IMG/VR virus record: IMGVR_UViG_3300044621_001461 | Span: 1,334 to 65,333 of that record | DNA from: a virus | Lineage: Duplodnaviria > Caudoviricetes | Length of the DNA: 64,000 bases | Direction: 5' to 3' (one strand) | In this document: one piece after another, positions 9,865 to 19,990 of the stretch | How positions within the stretch are numbered: the first letter of the stretch is position 1 | Layout of the letters: every line of letters starts with the position of its first letter | Translations under genes and position numbers: made by a program | Notes under the pieces: generated by a model | Seen by the model: only the letters and a program-made list of their open reading frames with translations | Database searches by the model: none | Told to the model about the DNA's origin: nothing

Positions 9865-11203
9865 CTTTATTTATTTAAGTTCTTCTTCTTGTCTTTCAAT
9901 TTCAAAAGTTTCGTTGAGAAACTCAATTGCGTATTTTCCCACTACGAATGCATCTTTATCCTCAAAGAACCTATCACCAATGGTTCTCATATCATAACAC
10001 TCTTTGCCTTTATCAAAGAAAGCAATCACATAACAGTTCTCTTGTCCTGAACCATTAGATTGATACCACTTGACGAGTTCATACTTGTTGTTACAGGTGC
10101 TCCAACGGAACTCTATGTTACGAAATCTCATTGTTCTCCAACATAGTTTTAATTTGTTTGAGGTCTTCTATTCGTTGTTTAGTAAGGTCGTATTGTTCAG
10201 TATACCAATCAAGGTCATTCACTTCGTGATTGAGTTCTTCACGAATGTCCCATTCATAACATTGAAGGTCTCCTTCTTGGTCTTGTATGAGGTAATTGAG
10301 AGTATCAAGGAGTGACATTTTCAGGAACAGGAGGAGGAGGCAGTTGAGGTGGGGGGGTTTGAGACGTTTGAGGAAGTTGAGGTTGGGGGGTAGGAAGAAT
10401 TACAGGTTCTGGAGCAACTTGTGGTTGTTGTGCTTGGTCAAGTTTCTTTTCCAACTCCATCACCTTTTGGTCTAATGGACTCAAAGGAACTTCTTTTTGA
10501 GAATCTGACAGTTTCCAACCAGTAGCACCAGCAGCAAAGATACTTGCAAGAGCAGCAAAAACAGAAACAGTTTTAGAAAAACTCATTCAATAACCTCCCA
10601 ATGTGCGTCAGATTTGTCACCAAAACGGTTAGTGCCAGTACGAGTGCTAACCCAAAAAAAGTATTTACGATTTTCAGAAGCAAGGAATAATTCACCACCA
10701 GTGTCCTGCTCTACAATACAAACAGGATTGTTGTCCATAATGTTTGCTAACCTATTCTTGGATTTGCTGGACTTTGGTTTGACTGTTACTTTTCTCATTT
10801 TGAATCTCAAGTTTCAGTTTACGAATGGTAGGAAAGAAATAAGCAAAATCTCTTGTTTCAGTGATAGGTTTGGTTTCACCACATACACCACATTTTGCTT
10901 CATAAACAGAGGAGCATCCTACAGAATATACTCCATACTTTTTCCCACAGTCAAAGCAGGTATTGGCAGCATTCTCAAGTTTCTTCAGGAGTGCTTTCTT
11001 TTCTTTGAGGTTCATAACGCAGTTCAACTCCGTATTTGTTTTTGAGGTTGTCTGTGAGGTAATCATACAGTAGGTAGGCAAACCCGTAGTAGGGTCTTGT
11101 GCCAGTTTCGATACTGGTACTCGTTGCGACCGTCCAAAAAATATCAAGTTCGTGTTTTGGTGGAAGAGGTTTCATAAATTTTAAAATTACACCTATTATT
11201 ATA

Positions 11204-11971
11204 TCATAAAATTTGACGAACTTTCCATCCTTTATGTTGTTTTAACTTTCCCCTTAACACTTTTGAAAGGCAAGAAGAATCTAATCCATATTTTTTACCA
11301 AATTTCATCAAAGTAGTAAATTCCTCTATAATTTCTCCATTAGGTGAAGTAAAAAGAAAATGTCTTCTCTGCAAATTTGAAATTGTGTTTCTATGTTCTT
11401 CACTTAAAATTTTATTTTTCATTTTTCTTTTTGTTTCTTCACTTATTTTTTTCCCAATATTTGCTTGTCTTATTTTTTCTTTAGTTTCTTCAGTATGCAA
11501 TCTACCCTTACTACATTTACTTATTTTTTCTCTTGTTTCTTTGGATATATTTTTTTTAGATTCTCTCATTTTTCTTTTAGTTTCTTCCGTATGAAATTTA
11601 CCAGTCATAGATTTACTTTTTTTTATTCTAGTTTTTAAGGAATAAACTCTATTTTTTGATGATTCACTTATTTTTTTTAATGCTTCTTCAGAAAAATTTG
11701 AAGAACCTTGCCCACCATCAGTCCTATTGAGTAAAATACCAGTTTTCAAATTTTTCCTACCAAAAATCGCAATCATATAAATTTCGTGTCTAAATGCTTC
11801 TTCTTCGGTTAAATTTTGCTTTAATAATATTACTCTTGATTTATCTTTAGGTGGTTTTATGTCAGTTTTTTTCCTACTATAATATCTTCTTCCACTACCT
11901 TTACCTATGTAATAAGGAGTCCTATCTTCTCTTAAATACGCATAGGTATAAAATCTTTTAGGATTTACCAT
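11204..11971 (-). CDS. GIY-YIG-like homing endonuclease with NUMOD3 repeats
   Basis: FYTYAYLREDRTPYYIGKG, EEEAFRHE, LLNRTDGG; HTEETKxK NUMOD3 repeats; QHKGW end. Confidence 0.88.
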   Translation of the reverse strand: MVNPKRFYTYAYLREDRTPYYIGKGSGRRYYSRKKTDIKPPKDKSRVILLKQNLTEEEAFRHEIYMIAIFGRKNLKTGILLNRTDGGQGSSNFSEEALKKISESSKNRVYSLKTRIKKSKSMTGKFHTEETKRKMRESKKNISKETREKISKCSKGRLHTEETKEKIRQANIGKKISEETKRKMKNKILSEEHRNTISNLQRRHFLFTSPNGEIIEEFTTLMKFGKKYGLDSSCLSKVLRGKLKQHKGWKVRQIL

Positions 11972-12007
11972 AACTGCTCTTAACTTGGTGGTTATTAGTA
12001 TTTATAC

Positions 12008-12065
12008 AGGAAAAGCACTCGAAAGTGCTTTATCCCAACCCGAAAAGAACCACCAAGTCAGGCAT
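12008..12065 (-). ncRNA. Putative antisense sRNA B (cognate to endonuclease 11204..11971)
   Basis: TAAATA 12069-12074; hairpin GCCTGA/TCGGGT with loop CTTGGTGGTTCTTT; terminator AAAGCACTTTCGAGTGCTTT; complementary to leader 11975-11993; second TATAAATA 11999-12006. Confidence 0.72.
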
Positions 12066-12074
12066 TTTTATTTA

Positions 12075-12422
12075 TCAGGTAAAGTCTTCATCATTTAACT
12101 CCACATCTTTTACAAGGTCTTTAAGGTCATTAAAAAAATCTTCAGTCAACGGTATTAGTTTCTCTTCACCTCTATCAATTCTATCACACATTTCCATCAG
12201 ATATTCCAGAAACTCTTTTGGATATGTTTCATCCATATTGATGCTACACCAGAACCATTCGTAACACTCTTGAAATGGATCATCAGTTTTCAGTAGAGCA
12301 TAATCCTTATAATTTCCACCGATAAGGTCTTTCCACATTTTGAAATTGTTTCCAATCTCATGCCAACCAGTTTGCAGGCAGTGACCGAAATAATACTCAA
12401 ACCAGTTCAGTTTCTTCTTCAT
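12075..12422 (-). CDS. Hypothetical protein, paralog of 5592..5915
   Basis: Near-identical core sequence to 5592..5915. Confidence 0.8.
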   Translation of the reverse strand: MKKKLNWFEYYFGHCLQTGWHEIGNNFKMWKDLIGGNYKDYALLKTDDPFQECYEWFWCSINMDETYPKEFLEYLMEMCDRIDRGEEKLIPLTEDFFNDLKDLVKDVELNDEDFT

Positions 12423-13984
12423 CTACCTCTTCCAGTCGTTCCCAATTCCAAGTGTACTCAATAAATCCAATATCAAATCCAAACTTATATGCCCAGAACA
12501 TAATACTCAAAAGACTACCAGTTCCAGATTTGATTTGAATATATGGACAACCAGGATAATCATTCCAAGAAATCGATGCCTGAAGAAGTGCCCAACGGTC
12601 TGTAAATAGAAATTGAACATACCACTCGTGTCCAAAGTCTTCACGATAAGACCATTTAGCAACTTGAAAAAATTTAATTGGTTTCATTATTGTCCTCAAA
12701 GTCAAACCATTCATATAGAGAGTTTACCACACCATCTACCACACAATCAACCACAGCATCTTCGTGTGGATTCTCTACATGTTTGTGAGCACGATCATAT
12801 CCAAATCGGACACCTTCTTCCAGTGCCATCTCAAGAACTTTACGAAAATTGGGTTTCATCAATCTCTTCTCATATCATCATCAGTTCTAAAAAAATCTGC
12901 GATATCATCTGCACCATCGAACCTTGTACGGTGCTCTGATGGGTCAGGATGCCCTAAATCCATAATATTTAAAAATTCATCCAGACTTCCTTCTTTCATA
13001 TTGGGATTTGATGCCTTTCGTCTTGCCTGACGGAGTATTGTAGCGGCAGAACGATTTGCTTTCGCAAGTTTTTCTGCCCAGATCATATCTTCTAAACTCA
13101 CCTCATCGCCTGTTGCAATCCTATCACAGATTGCTTCAAGACGCAGGCGATATTGTGTAGAGAGCATAAGAATTACCAGATGTAGTGTTATTTATTTTTA
13201 TATTCGTCCATTAACTCTTTTGCAAGTTTCATAGAACGGCGATGCATTGAATATTTTGCCCATGGAGTTGTGGGATTGTGAATTAACCACCATTGAAAAA
13301 TCAAACACTTATTCTTGATAATTATTGTAAGGTAATAAAAGGCAGTAGCGACACTATCATCCGTTGCGATGAAGTATGCTACTACCACAAATACAATAAA
13401 CCAAGCGTAATAGGTCATCGTCTTATTGTTTTTAGATATTCTAACACATGCTCACGAACCGACATGAGTTCATTGTAACATTTTTGGTTATGAGCACATT
13501 GACGAAGTTCATGGTCTGGTTTGTGTACGCTCTCAATAAACAGATCGAGACCACGATTCCACTTAACGTCAGGTGATTCTTCCATAATCAGTTCTGTAGT
13601 TATACTATTTAACGTGTTTAAAGAAACTTGTCTAAACTGGAAACCGATGCTCCTTTTGCGGACTTTTGAATGTAGGTTTTTGCGGACTTATAGTTGTTTG
13701 TAATGTGAACTTGCTGTCCATTATGGAGAATAATAAATTTTTTACCCCAAGAAACTGCTGCCCACATTCCATCCTTGGTCACATAACCGTTTGGATCTCC
13801 TGGTTTGGGATTGAGAATACCTTCGTTTTGAGTGTTCATAGAAAGGTAGCAGTGGCACTGATGATGCGAGCATTTGGATGTTGTGCAGAAGCAACTTGCT
13901 TTGCTTCTTGAATATTATTGGCGTAACATTCAAACCACCAAGTTTGACCGCCGACATAGAGTTGAACTTTGTACTTCATTGGAA

Positions 13985-15220
13985 TTAACGCTTAACGACA
14001 GAGATTGCAGGTTGACCTTGGTTGAACACGGTGTCCACCACCGCTTGCACCTTCCTAGCGGTGCTGATGCCCACAGAAGAGTAGACAGGGATGCAGACCA
14101 ACCCAAAGGACTTGGTGTAGGTTTCAACGGCACCAGGGGCGATCCTGCCGCTGCTGAGACCCTCTGCGTCGTCCTTGTGCAGACGGATCACCCGCCCGAT
14201 GGTCTGAGAGATGCCGATGTAATCCATAGAGCGCATAAACAGAACTGCCTCCAGACCAGACACATTGATGCCTTCAGACAGAATGCTGTGATGAAGAACA
14301 ACAAACTTCTTAGAGTCATCCTTGCCCCAGGCAGAGAGAGTGTCAAAGAACACCTCGCGATTGACCTTACGACCATCGATCACGGCACCAGTCTTGGAAG
14401 TGATATACATCCAAGAGAATCCACGGTTTTCCAGTTGCTTACAGAAATCAGTTTGAGAAACCAGATTCTGAATCTGTTTGGTTGCCTTGGAGCAGATAAG
14501 AACCTTACCCACCTCCTGAGCATCGATGGTTTGAATCAGGTTCTCACAGTCAACATCAGCAACAATCTGACCCTTACTCAACATCTCAAACTGCTGCACA
14601 ACAACCTTAGGGGGCACAATGAAACCACCCTCAACAAGTTCAGGGGCAGGGACATTACAAATCACCTGACCATATACTGCACCATCATTCATCCCAGGTT
14701 TGGAAATAGTGGCAGAATGCTTAGGAGTAGCAGTGAAGAAATAGCAGCGGTCAGCAGTAGAAGCGAAGTGCTCCGTAGCAGGGAAAAAGTGACGTTGAAC
14801 ACTGTTATGTGCCTCATCAAAGTAAATGGTGTCAACCTTAAGGTCTGCCTGCTGCAGACGCTGCAGAGAGTTATAGGTAGTGAAGATCAGTTGATGCTTA
14901 TAAGCACGACGAGACCAGTTATGAATCTCATTGGGGCGAGTCGTGCTAAAATGATGTGTCTCTCCCGAGTGCAAATGTGCAACAGAAGCATTGGTAATAA
15001 ACTCCAAAAACTCAGAAGACAATTGCTCAGCCAAAAGAATTCTTGGGCAAACAATGACGATTGTTTGTGCTTGAGATTGAGAAAACTGACGAATAGCATC
15101 AAAAATCATTACAAGGGTCTTACCGCCGCCAGTGGGGATAATGACCTGCCCCTTGCGGTGCTGCAGCAGGGCATCCAGAGCACGTTGCTGGTGAGGTCGG
15201 AGTTGAATCACAGGTCTCAT
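13985..15220 (-). CDS. Superfamily 2 (DEAH-type) helicase
   Basis: LRPHQ, PTGGGKT, DEAH, TATP, ILSEGINV, QTIGRVIR; start moved to 15220 because the track start lies upstream of the -10 box. Confidence 0.92.
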   Translation of the reverse strand: MRPVIQLRPHQQRALDALLQHRKGQVIIPTGGGKTLVMIFDAIRQFSQSQAQTIVIVCPRILLAEQLSSEFLEFITNASVAHLHSGETHHFSTTRPNEIHNWSRRAYKHQLIFTTYNSLQRLQQADLKVDTIYFDEAHNSVQRHFFPATEHFASTADRCYFFTATPKHSATISKPGMNDGAVYGQVICNVPAPELVEGGFIVPPKVVVQQFEMLSKGQIVADVDCENLIQTIDAQEVGKVLICSKATKQIQNLVSQTDFCKQLENRGFSWMYITSKTGAVIDGRKVNREVFFDTLSAWGKDDSKKFVVLHHSILSEGINVSGLEAVLFMRSMDYIGISQTIGRVIRLHKDDAEGLSSGRIAPGAVETYTKSFGLVCIPVYSSVGISTARKVQAVVDTVFNQGQPAISVVKR

Positions 15221-15233
15221 CGCGTATGAACTT

Positions 15234-15294
15234 ATTATAGCAGCAAAAAGGGGTCTCATGCGGAACCCTGTGTGACGGTTCTTAAAGTGTCACT
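15234..15294 (-). promoter_or_regulatory. Early promoter cassette for the helicase
   Basis: attata 15234-15239; TGTGACG-N10-TGTCACT 15271-15294. Confidence 0.7.
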
Positions 15295-15333
15295 ATAAAA
15301 GATCAGATCCTCATCTCCAACCCAGACAAAGGT

Positions 15334-15376
15334 AGTCTACATGGATTTTATGGGTATGTCAACTTTGTGGTATAAT
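15334..15376. promoter_or_regulatory. Divergent sigma70-type promoters
   Basis: Minus strand TTGACA-N17-TAGACT (15362-15334); plus strand extended -10 TGGTATAAT (15368-15376) before ORF 15405. Confidence 0.6.
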
Positions 15377-15404
15377 GTAAAAAATCCAAGATTTATCAAC
15401 TCCA

Positions 15405-16079
15405 ATGCAAAATAATTTATTTCCAATAACGATCATCGATAATTTTTATTCAAACCCAGATGAAGTTAGACAAATAGCTTTGGAGCAAGAATATATGCCA
15501 AGTGAAAAGGGATCTTGGCCTGGAGAAAGAAGTATTAAAAACTTAGATGATATTGATGAAAAATTATTTTTATTCTTTTCTAAAAGTATTTTGAGTTTAT
15601 TTTATCCACCAGAATATCGAATAGGATTTGATATAGTGTCTTGCTTTCAAAAAGTATCACCAAGACATGAAGAAAAATATCATCCAAAAAATATGGGATG
15701 GATACACAATGATGGTTGTTTATTTGGTGGATTGATTTATTTGACAGAAAATCCAGAAAAAGATACAGGAACTTCTATTTACACCGAAAAAAATACATAT
15801 TTTAGATATGAAATGGAAGATTCTATGGTAATGAGAAATGATTACTTAAAAAAATCCAATATAGATGATGAAAAATATTCAGAAGTACATAAAAAAACTT
15901 TTGAAGGTTATGATGAAACAGTTAAAATAGAAAATCTTTATAATCGTTGCATTCTATTTGGGGGAAATAATCATCATGCAGCACAAACTTTTGGCACTAA
16001 AGAGCGTTTAACTCAAGTATTTTTCTGTTACAGAATAGACTCTGAGTGGCAATATCCTTTTTGTAGAAATATTTTTTAA
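15405..16079 (+). CDS. 2OG-Fe(II) oxygenase-like protein (DUF6445-like)
   Basis: IIDNFYSNPDEVR, WPGERS, GWIHND, GLIYL, GTS, NLYNR, HHAA, RLTQVFF. Confidence 0.8.
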   Translation: MQNNLFPITIIDNFYSNPDEVRQIALEQEYMPSEKGSWPGERSIKNLDDIDEKLFLFFSKSILSLFYPPEYRIGFDIVSCFQKVSPRHEEKYHPKNMGWIHNDGCLFGGLIYLTENPEKDTGTSIYTEKNTYFRYEMEDSMVMRNDYLKKSNIDDEKYSEVHKKTFEGYDETVKIENLYNRCILFGGNNHHAAQTFGTKERLTQVFFCYRIDSEWQYPFCRNIF

Positions 16080-16657
16080 CGTGGTAAAATATTAATATTA
16101 AAAGATACTATTTTTCTTTCATGTTCTGACGTATTTCTATGCGTAAAATGGGATATCATTGATGGAAATAAAATTAAAGATCCTTCTTTTATATCCCTTA
16201 GAGATACAATTTCTAAAGAACCATCAAAAACATCAACATGTGGAGATACAAAATTTACAGGTTTATGATAATTTTCATTATAATCTAAGTAGCATATACC
16301 ACTAACTCCTATTCCATGATTATGAATATTATGGTTCATTCCTGTTTTTTCTATTTGAAACCAACTATTTTCTACTGAAAAAGATGGAAAACTAAAATTA
16401 CTTTGATAAATTTTTAGTTCTTCTGAGAAAATATTTTCTATATCTTTGTTTAATTTTCCATTTAAACCATAATTGTTGTTTTCACAATAAGTTGTCATAA
16501 CATTTGCAGAAGATTCAAATTCATATGATTTCATTAATTCATTTAATTTTTCCTTTTTACTCTTCCAATTTTCGCAAATAATATGGAAAATTGGAACACT
16601 AAAAATACCTATTATCTCTGGATTATTATTTGTCATCTTTTTTTTCATCCATATCAT
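16076..16657 (-). CDS. 2OG-Fe(II) oxygenase (TIGR02466-like); probable start about 16636
   Basis: IFSVPI, SW, HNH, SGICYL, EGSLILFPS.I.H, RKIVSFN. Confidence 0.85.
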   Translation of the reverse strand: MIWMKKKMTNNNPEIIGIFSVPIFHIICENWKSKKEKLNELMKSYEFESSANVMTTYCENNNYGLNGKLNKDIENIFSEELKIYQSNFSFPSFSVENSWFQIEKTGMNHNIHNHGIGVSGICYLDYNENYHKPVNFVSPHVDVFDGSLEIVSLRDIKEGSLILFPSMISHFTHRNTSEHERKIVSFNINILPR

Positions 16658-16973
16658 TTAGAATATTGTTAAAAACTTCTTCCCATTCTTTGTCATCAAA
16701 ACTCCATTTATTTAATGGGCAACTTTCTAGAACAAATTTTGCCTTTACTGATAAAAAACAACCACATTCGTAACAACGATTTTGAGAATTGTCGTATCTA
16801 TCACATCCTTTACAAGTTTCTATTCTTTTATTGTAAATATTATCAGAGGCAATAAGGGTTTTATTTTCTTCATTATCATTATTTTGCAAATACTGAAGAA
16901 AATTGAGAGAAAATTTTGCTAGATTTTTTCCTTGCTGTAGTAATGATGGATATTTTTTATTTTCCATGGTCAT
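16626..16973 (-). CDS. Cys-rich small protein (DUF6171-like)
   Basis: R..CKGC...CYECGCFL..K......CP..KW. Confidence 0.7.
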   Translation of the reverse strand: MTMENKKYPSLLQQGKNLAKFSLNFLQYLQNNDNEENKTLIASDNIYNKRIETCKGCDRYDNSQNRCYECGCFLSVKAKFVLESCPLNKWSFDDKEWEEVFNNILNDMDEKKDDK

Positions 16974-17001
16974 AACATAATTTAATTCTTGAAGGTATTT
17001 A

Positions 17002-18087
17002 TTATTGGTATAAACCCCTGATAGTGCTACTATTTATTGATCCTGTCACAGTGTAGTTAGAACCAGAAACTGCTCTTCCTGCTGTTCCACCTGATCCTGA
17101 ATTTGTGGTGACTCCTCCAGGTGATCCCCAGTCTCCACCATTACCACCAGTCTCTCCAGTATTTCCTGTACCACCATAAGAAGGACATCCACCTTGAGTT
17201 CCTCCTGCCCCTCCTGCCCCATTAGTTCTTGCCTGATTATATCCTTGACCAAATCCACCATCTCCTCCTGCACCACCTGGAGCGCCTCCAACTGCATAAG
17301 GAGTTGTTACTGTAATAACTCTTTCACATAGAGATTTTCTAAATTGACCTCTCCAATCACATCGACCTTCCCTTTGATAACAATCAATACGATACCATCC
17401 AGGATCACAATCGGGGCAACTTCTACACCTATTACCTGTTGTATATCTTTGCGTAGCTGTACTGTAACTATAACAAGTTCCAGAAGATCCAGATGAACCA
17501 GTTGAACCCTTTTCTCCACCGCCTCCACCACCGTAAATATTTGCGGTATTTCTTAAAAATAAAACTATATTATTTCCACCAGAAGAATTAATATAAAGAG
17601 CATTCCCACCATTACCACCACTAATGGTAGTAGAAGTTCCATTAGATCCACCTGCCCCATAAATTCCACCAGAAACATCAACAGTCAAATTATAAGTAGT
17701 TGCATCAAAAGAAGCAGCATACAAAGATATTGAATTAGATCCACATGTTCCATTCATAAATATCCATTTTCTAATATTTTTATTCAAATTACTATTCCAA
17801 GTTTGAGCACTAATATTAAAATTAATATCAGTTCCAGTTTGTGTGATATAATAATACTTAATACTATTACGAAATTGTGATAATTTTAAATTTGTACTTG
17901 ATGAAATATCAGAATTTTCTGTAGCATCAGGAACAATTGGATTTGTATTCGTTGTAGATGTATTTTTTCTCAATTCTGATGCACTAATAGAACCGGAAGC
18001 AGATTCCTTGAAATTTAATCTTAAAGAACTGAAGGAAATAGAACCTGAGGAATAATAGGGTCCTGCTTTTGTTACTGTTGCTGTCAT
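17002..18087 (-). CDS. Glycine-rich distal tail-fibre/adhesin-like protein
   Basis: SGSISFSSLR..F N-terminus, IYGAGG/IYGGGGGG polyglycine motifs, Cys-rich insert. Confidence 0.7.
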   Translation of the reverse strand: MTATVTKAGPYYSSGSISFSSLRLNFKESASGSISASELRKNTSTTNTNPIVPDATENSDISSSTNLKLSQFRNSIKYYYITQTGTDINFNISAQTWNSNLNKNIRKWIFMNGTCGSNSISLYAASFDATTYNLTVDVSGGIYGAGGSNGTSTTISGGNGGNALYINSSGGNNIVLFLRNTANIYGGGGGGEKGSTGSSGSSGTCYSYSTATQRYTTGNRCRSCPDCDPGWYRIDCYQREGRCDWRGQFRKSLCERVITVTTPYAVGGAPGGAGGDGGFGQGYNQARTNGAGGAGGTQGGCPSYGGTGNTGETGGNGGDWGSPGGVTTNSGSGGTAGRAVSGSNYTVTGSINSSTIRGLYQ

Positions 18088-18096
18088 TTTTTATCC

Positions 18097-19974
18097 TCAA
18101 TATAAATTTTGCCAACCAAATGTAACTCCATTATCAGTACTTCCATATCCTTGGTGTTTTTTTGTAGTTGAATTGTATATAATTGCACCCTCAATAGTAC
18201 CACCAATACCAGTATTGTTAGATAATTGATTTCTATTTGCAGTTGTTATTGTTGGTACTATAAAGTAACCACTTACGGTCGCGGCAGAACCTACTCGACC
18301 AAAATCCAAAATCGATCTTGAAAAATCTGTATTAAATCCAATAGTACTATCTCCATATAGAGAAATTCCACCACCATAAACTGAAATAAACTTATCCCAA
18401 AATTGAACTCCAGATGAAAAACTTGACAATGGATCAACATAAATTGAAGTTGTACCTACCCCAACAGAATCCACTAATAATGTACCACCTTGCACATCTA
18501 GTTGAACATTTGCAACAGTTGTTCCTATTCCAATACGATTTACTAGTAATGTACCATCTCTGGCATCAATTTCTGCTAATGGGTTTGCGGTATTAATCCC
18601 AATTTGTACTATAGATAAAATTCGAGATGATTTTATGTCATTAAATGTAGAAATTCCTGAGGAATTATTTAAGTTTACGTTTGTTAAAACTGGTGGTAAA
18701 GTAAGACTTCCAGCAGTTAAGTTTCCATTAATAGTTACATTACTTCCAAAATTAGCGTTACCTGTAACAGTAGATGTACCAACAACGTGCAGCTTGTTTG
18801 TTGGATTTGTAATTCCTATGCCAAAATTGCCATTATAAGTTAGTGAAACTAGTTCGGCATTTGACTGACCATACAACCAAGCAAATCTACCAGTTCCTAC
18901 GCCAGCAGGACCAGCGTGTAGATATGTATTAATATTTCCAGTGTCATTATTAACAATATCAAAAGTCTTTGATTCATTTCCAAATCTCAATACTGCGGTA
19001 CTTTTACCAACACCAACAGATTGACCAATGCTAATTCTTGCTTGTGAAGTATCACTAATAACTTCTACAAGAGTATTATCAGATTTTCTGATTTGAAGTT
19101 CTGATGTTGGTGCTGCGGTTCCAACACCAATTCTTCCAGATTCTAATGCGGCAAATGCAGTTCCACCAGTTCCAACATGAAGTAACTTGGAAATTGTTGT
19201 GATACCTGATGGAAATGCATTAACTTCAATACTATCAGCAATAATCTTCGTTGCAGTTACAACACCAACAGTAATATTTGGAGTTCCTGTGAGTGATTGT
19301 GCAGTAGTTGCAGTGCCAGTTACATTGCCTACGACATTACCACTAAATCCAGAAGTCGCGGTTATGACTCCAGAAACATTGATATTTGATGGAAGTATTG
19401 AGTTTGATAAAGTTCCTGAAGAAATATTCGAAGCATTAATTTGAGTAATTCCAATACCAGAACCAACAAAAGAAGAAGCAGTTATAATTCCCGTTAATTT
19501 GATATCGCCAGTAGAGTTAATACCTACACCAGATACTGTGTCCGGATTTCCTCCCACTTGAAGGAAATAATTGGGCATTGTATTAGCAATACCGACCGTT
19601 CCGGCAGCATATATGCTCGAATATCCAGTTCCAGTATTTACATCAACCCATTGTGAAGTTGGAATATTAGTTAGCCCTTTACCATCACCATAGTAAGTTA
19701 CAATTCCAGAAGATGCCGTTACAATACCAGAACTAATTCTAACAGTTCCGTCTGTTAAAGTTGTAAATGTTCCAACTCCAGTAACCTGCAAATTAGGAGT
19801 ACTTACCCTTGAAGCAGTAACTAATCCAACAACTTTAACATTACCTCGAACATCCAAGAACTCAGTGGGAATTGAAGTTCCAATTCCCACCAGACCATTA
19901 GCGTTTACGATAAAGTTATCATCGTCAACCTGAACACCATTCCTAAGGTTAAATGACTTTCTATAATTTGCCAT
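18097..19974 (-). CDS. Tail fibre / virion structural protein
   Basis: Repeated VGIGTxxP..LDVxG and GIVTA motifs; GAIIYN C-terminus. Confidence 0.8.
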   Translation of the reverse strand: MANYRKSFNLRNGVQVDDDNFIVNANGLVGIGTSIPTEFLDVRGNVKVVGLVTASRVSTPNLQVTGVGTFTTLTDGTVRISSGIVTASSGIVTYYGDGKGLTNIPTSQWVDVNTGTGYSSIYAAGTVGIANTMPNYFLQVGGNPDTVSGVGINSTGDIKLTGIITASSFVGSGIGITQINASNISSGTLSNSILPSNINVSGVITATSGFSGNVVGNVTGTATTAQSLTGTPNITVGVVTATKIIADSIEVNAFPSGITTISKLLHVGTGGTAFAALESGRIGVGTAAPTSELQIRKSDNTLVEVISDTSQARISIGQSVGVGKSTAVLRFGNESKTFDIVNNDTGNINTYLHAGPAGVGTGRFAWLYGQSNAELVSLTYNGNFGIGITNPTNKLHVVGTSTVTGNANFGSNVTINGNLTAGSLTLPPVLTNVNLNNSSGISTFNDIKSSRILSIVQIGINTANPLAEIDARDGTLLVNRIGIGTTVANVQLDVQGGTLLVDSVGVGTTSIYVDPLSSFSSGVQFWDKFISVYGGGISLYGDSTIGFNTDFSRSILDFGRVGSAATVSGYFIVPTITTANRNQLSNNTGIGGTIEGAIIYNSTTKKHQGYGSTDNGVTFGWQNLY

Positions 19975-19990
19975 CTTATATGGTTTCTAG

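Larger units (their letters stand above)
3710..13979 (-). other. Hyperplastic array of more than 30 tightly packed small hypothetical early genes (including 3710-3943, 3940-4161, 4344-4571, 4568-4822, 4930-5118, 5118-5384, 5414-5599, 6487-6773, 6986-7246, 7243-7446, 7620-7892, 7926-8141, 8723-8962, 9871-10131, 10118-10318, 10305-10586, 10975-11175, 12674-12862, 12859-13167, 13188-13418, 13618-13839, 13836-13979)
   Basis: Co-oriented, abutting or overlapping 45-180-aa ORFs with ATGA-type junctions, interspersed with early promoter cassettes. Confidence 0.8.

Noticed and set aside
13874-15229. 451-aa plus-strand ORF
   Set aside because: Antisense shadow of the helicase, which has the full motif set; no recognisable domain.
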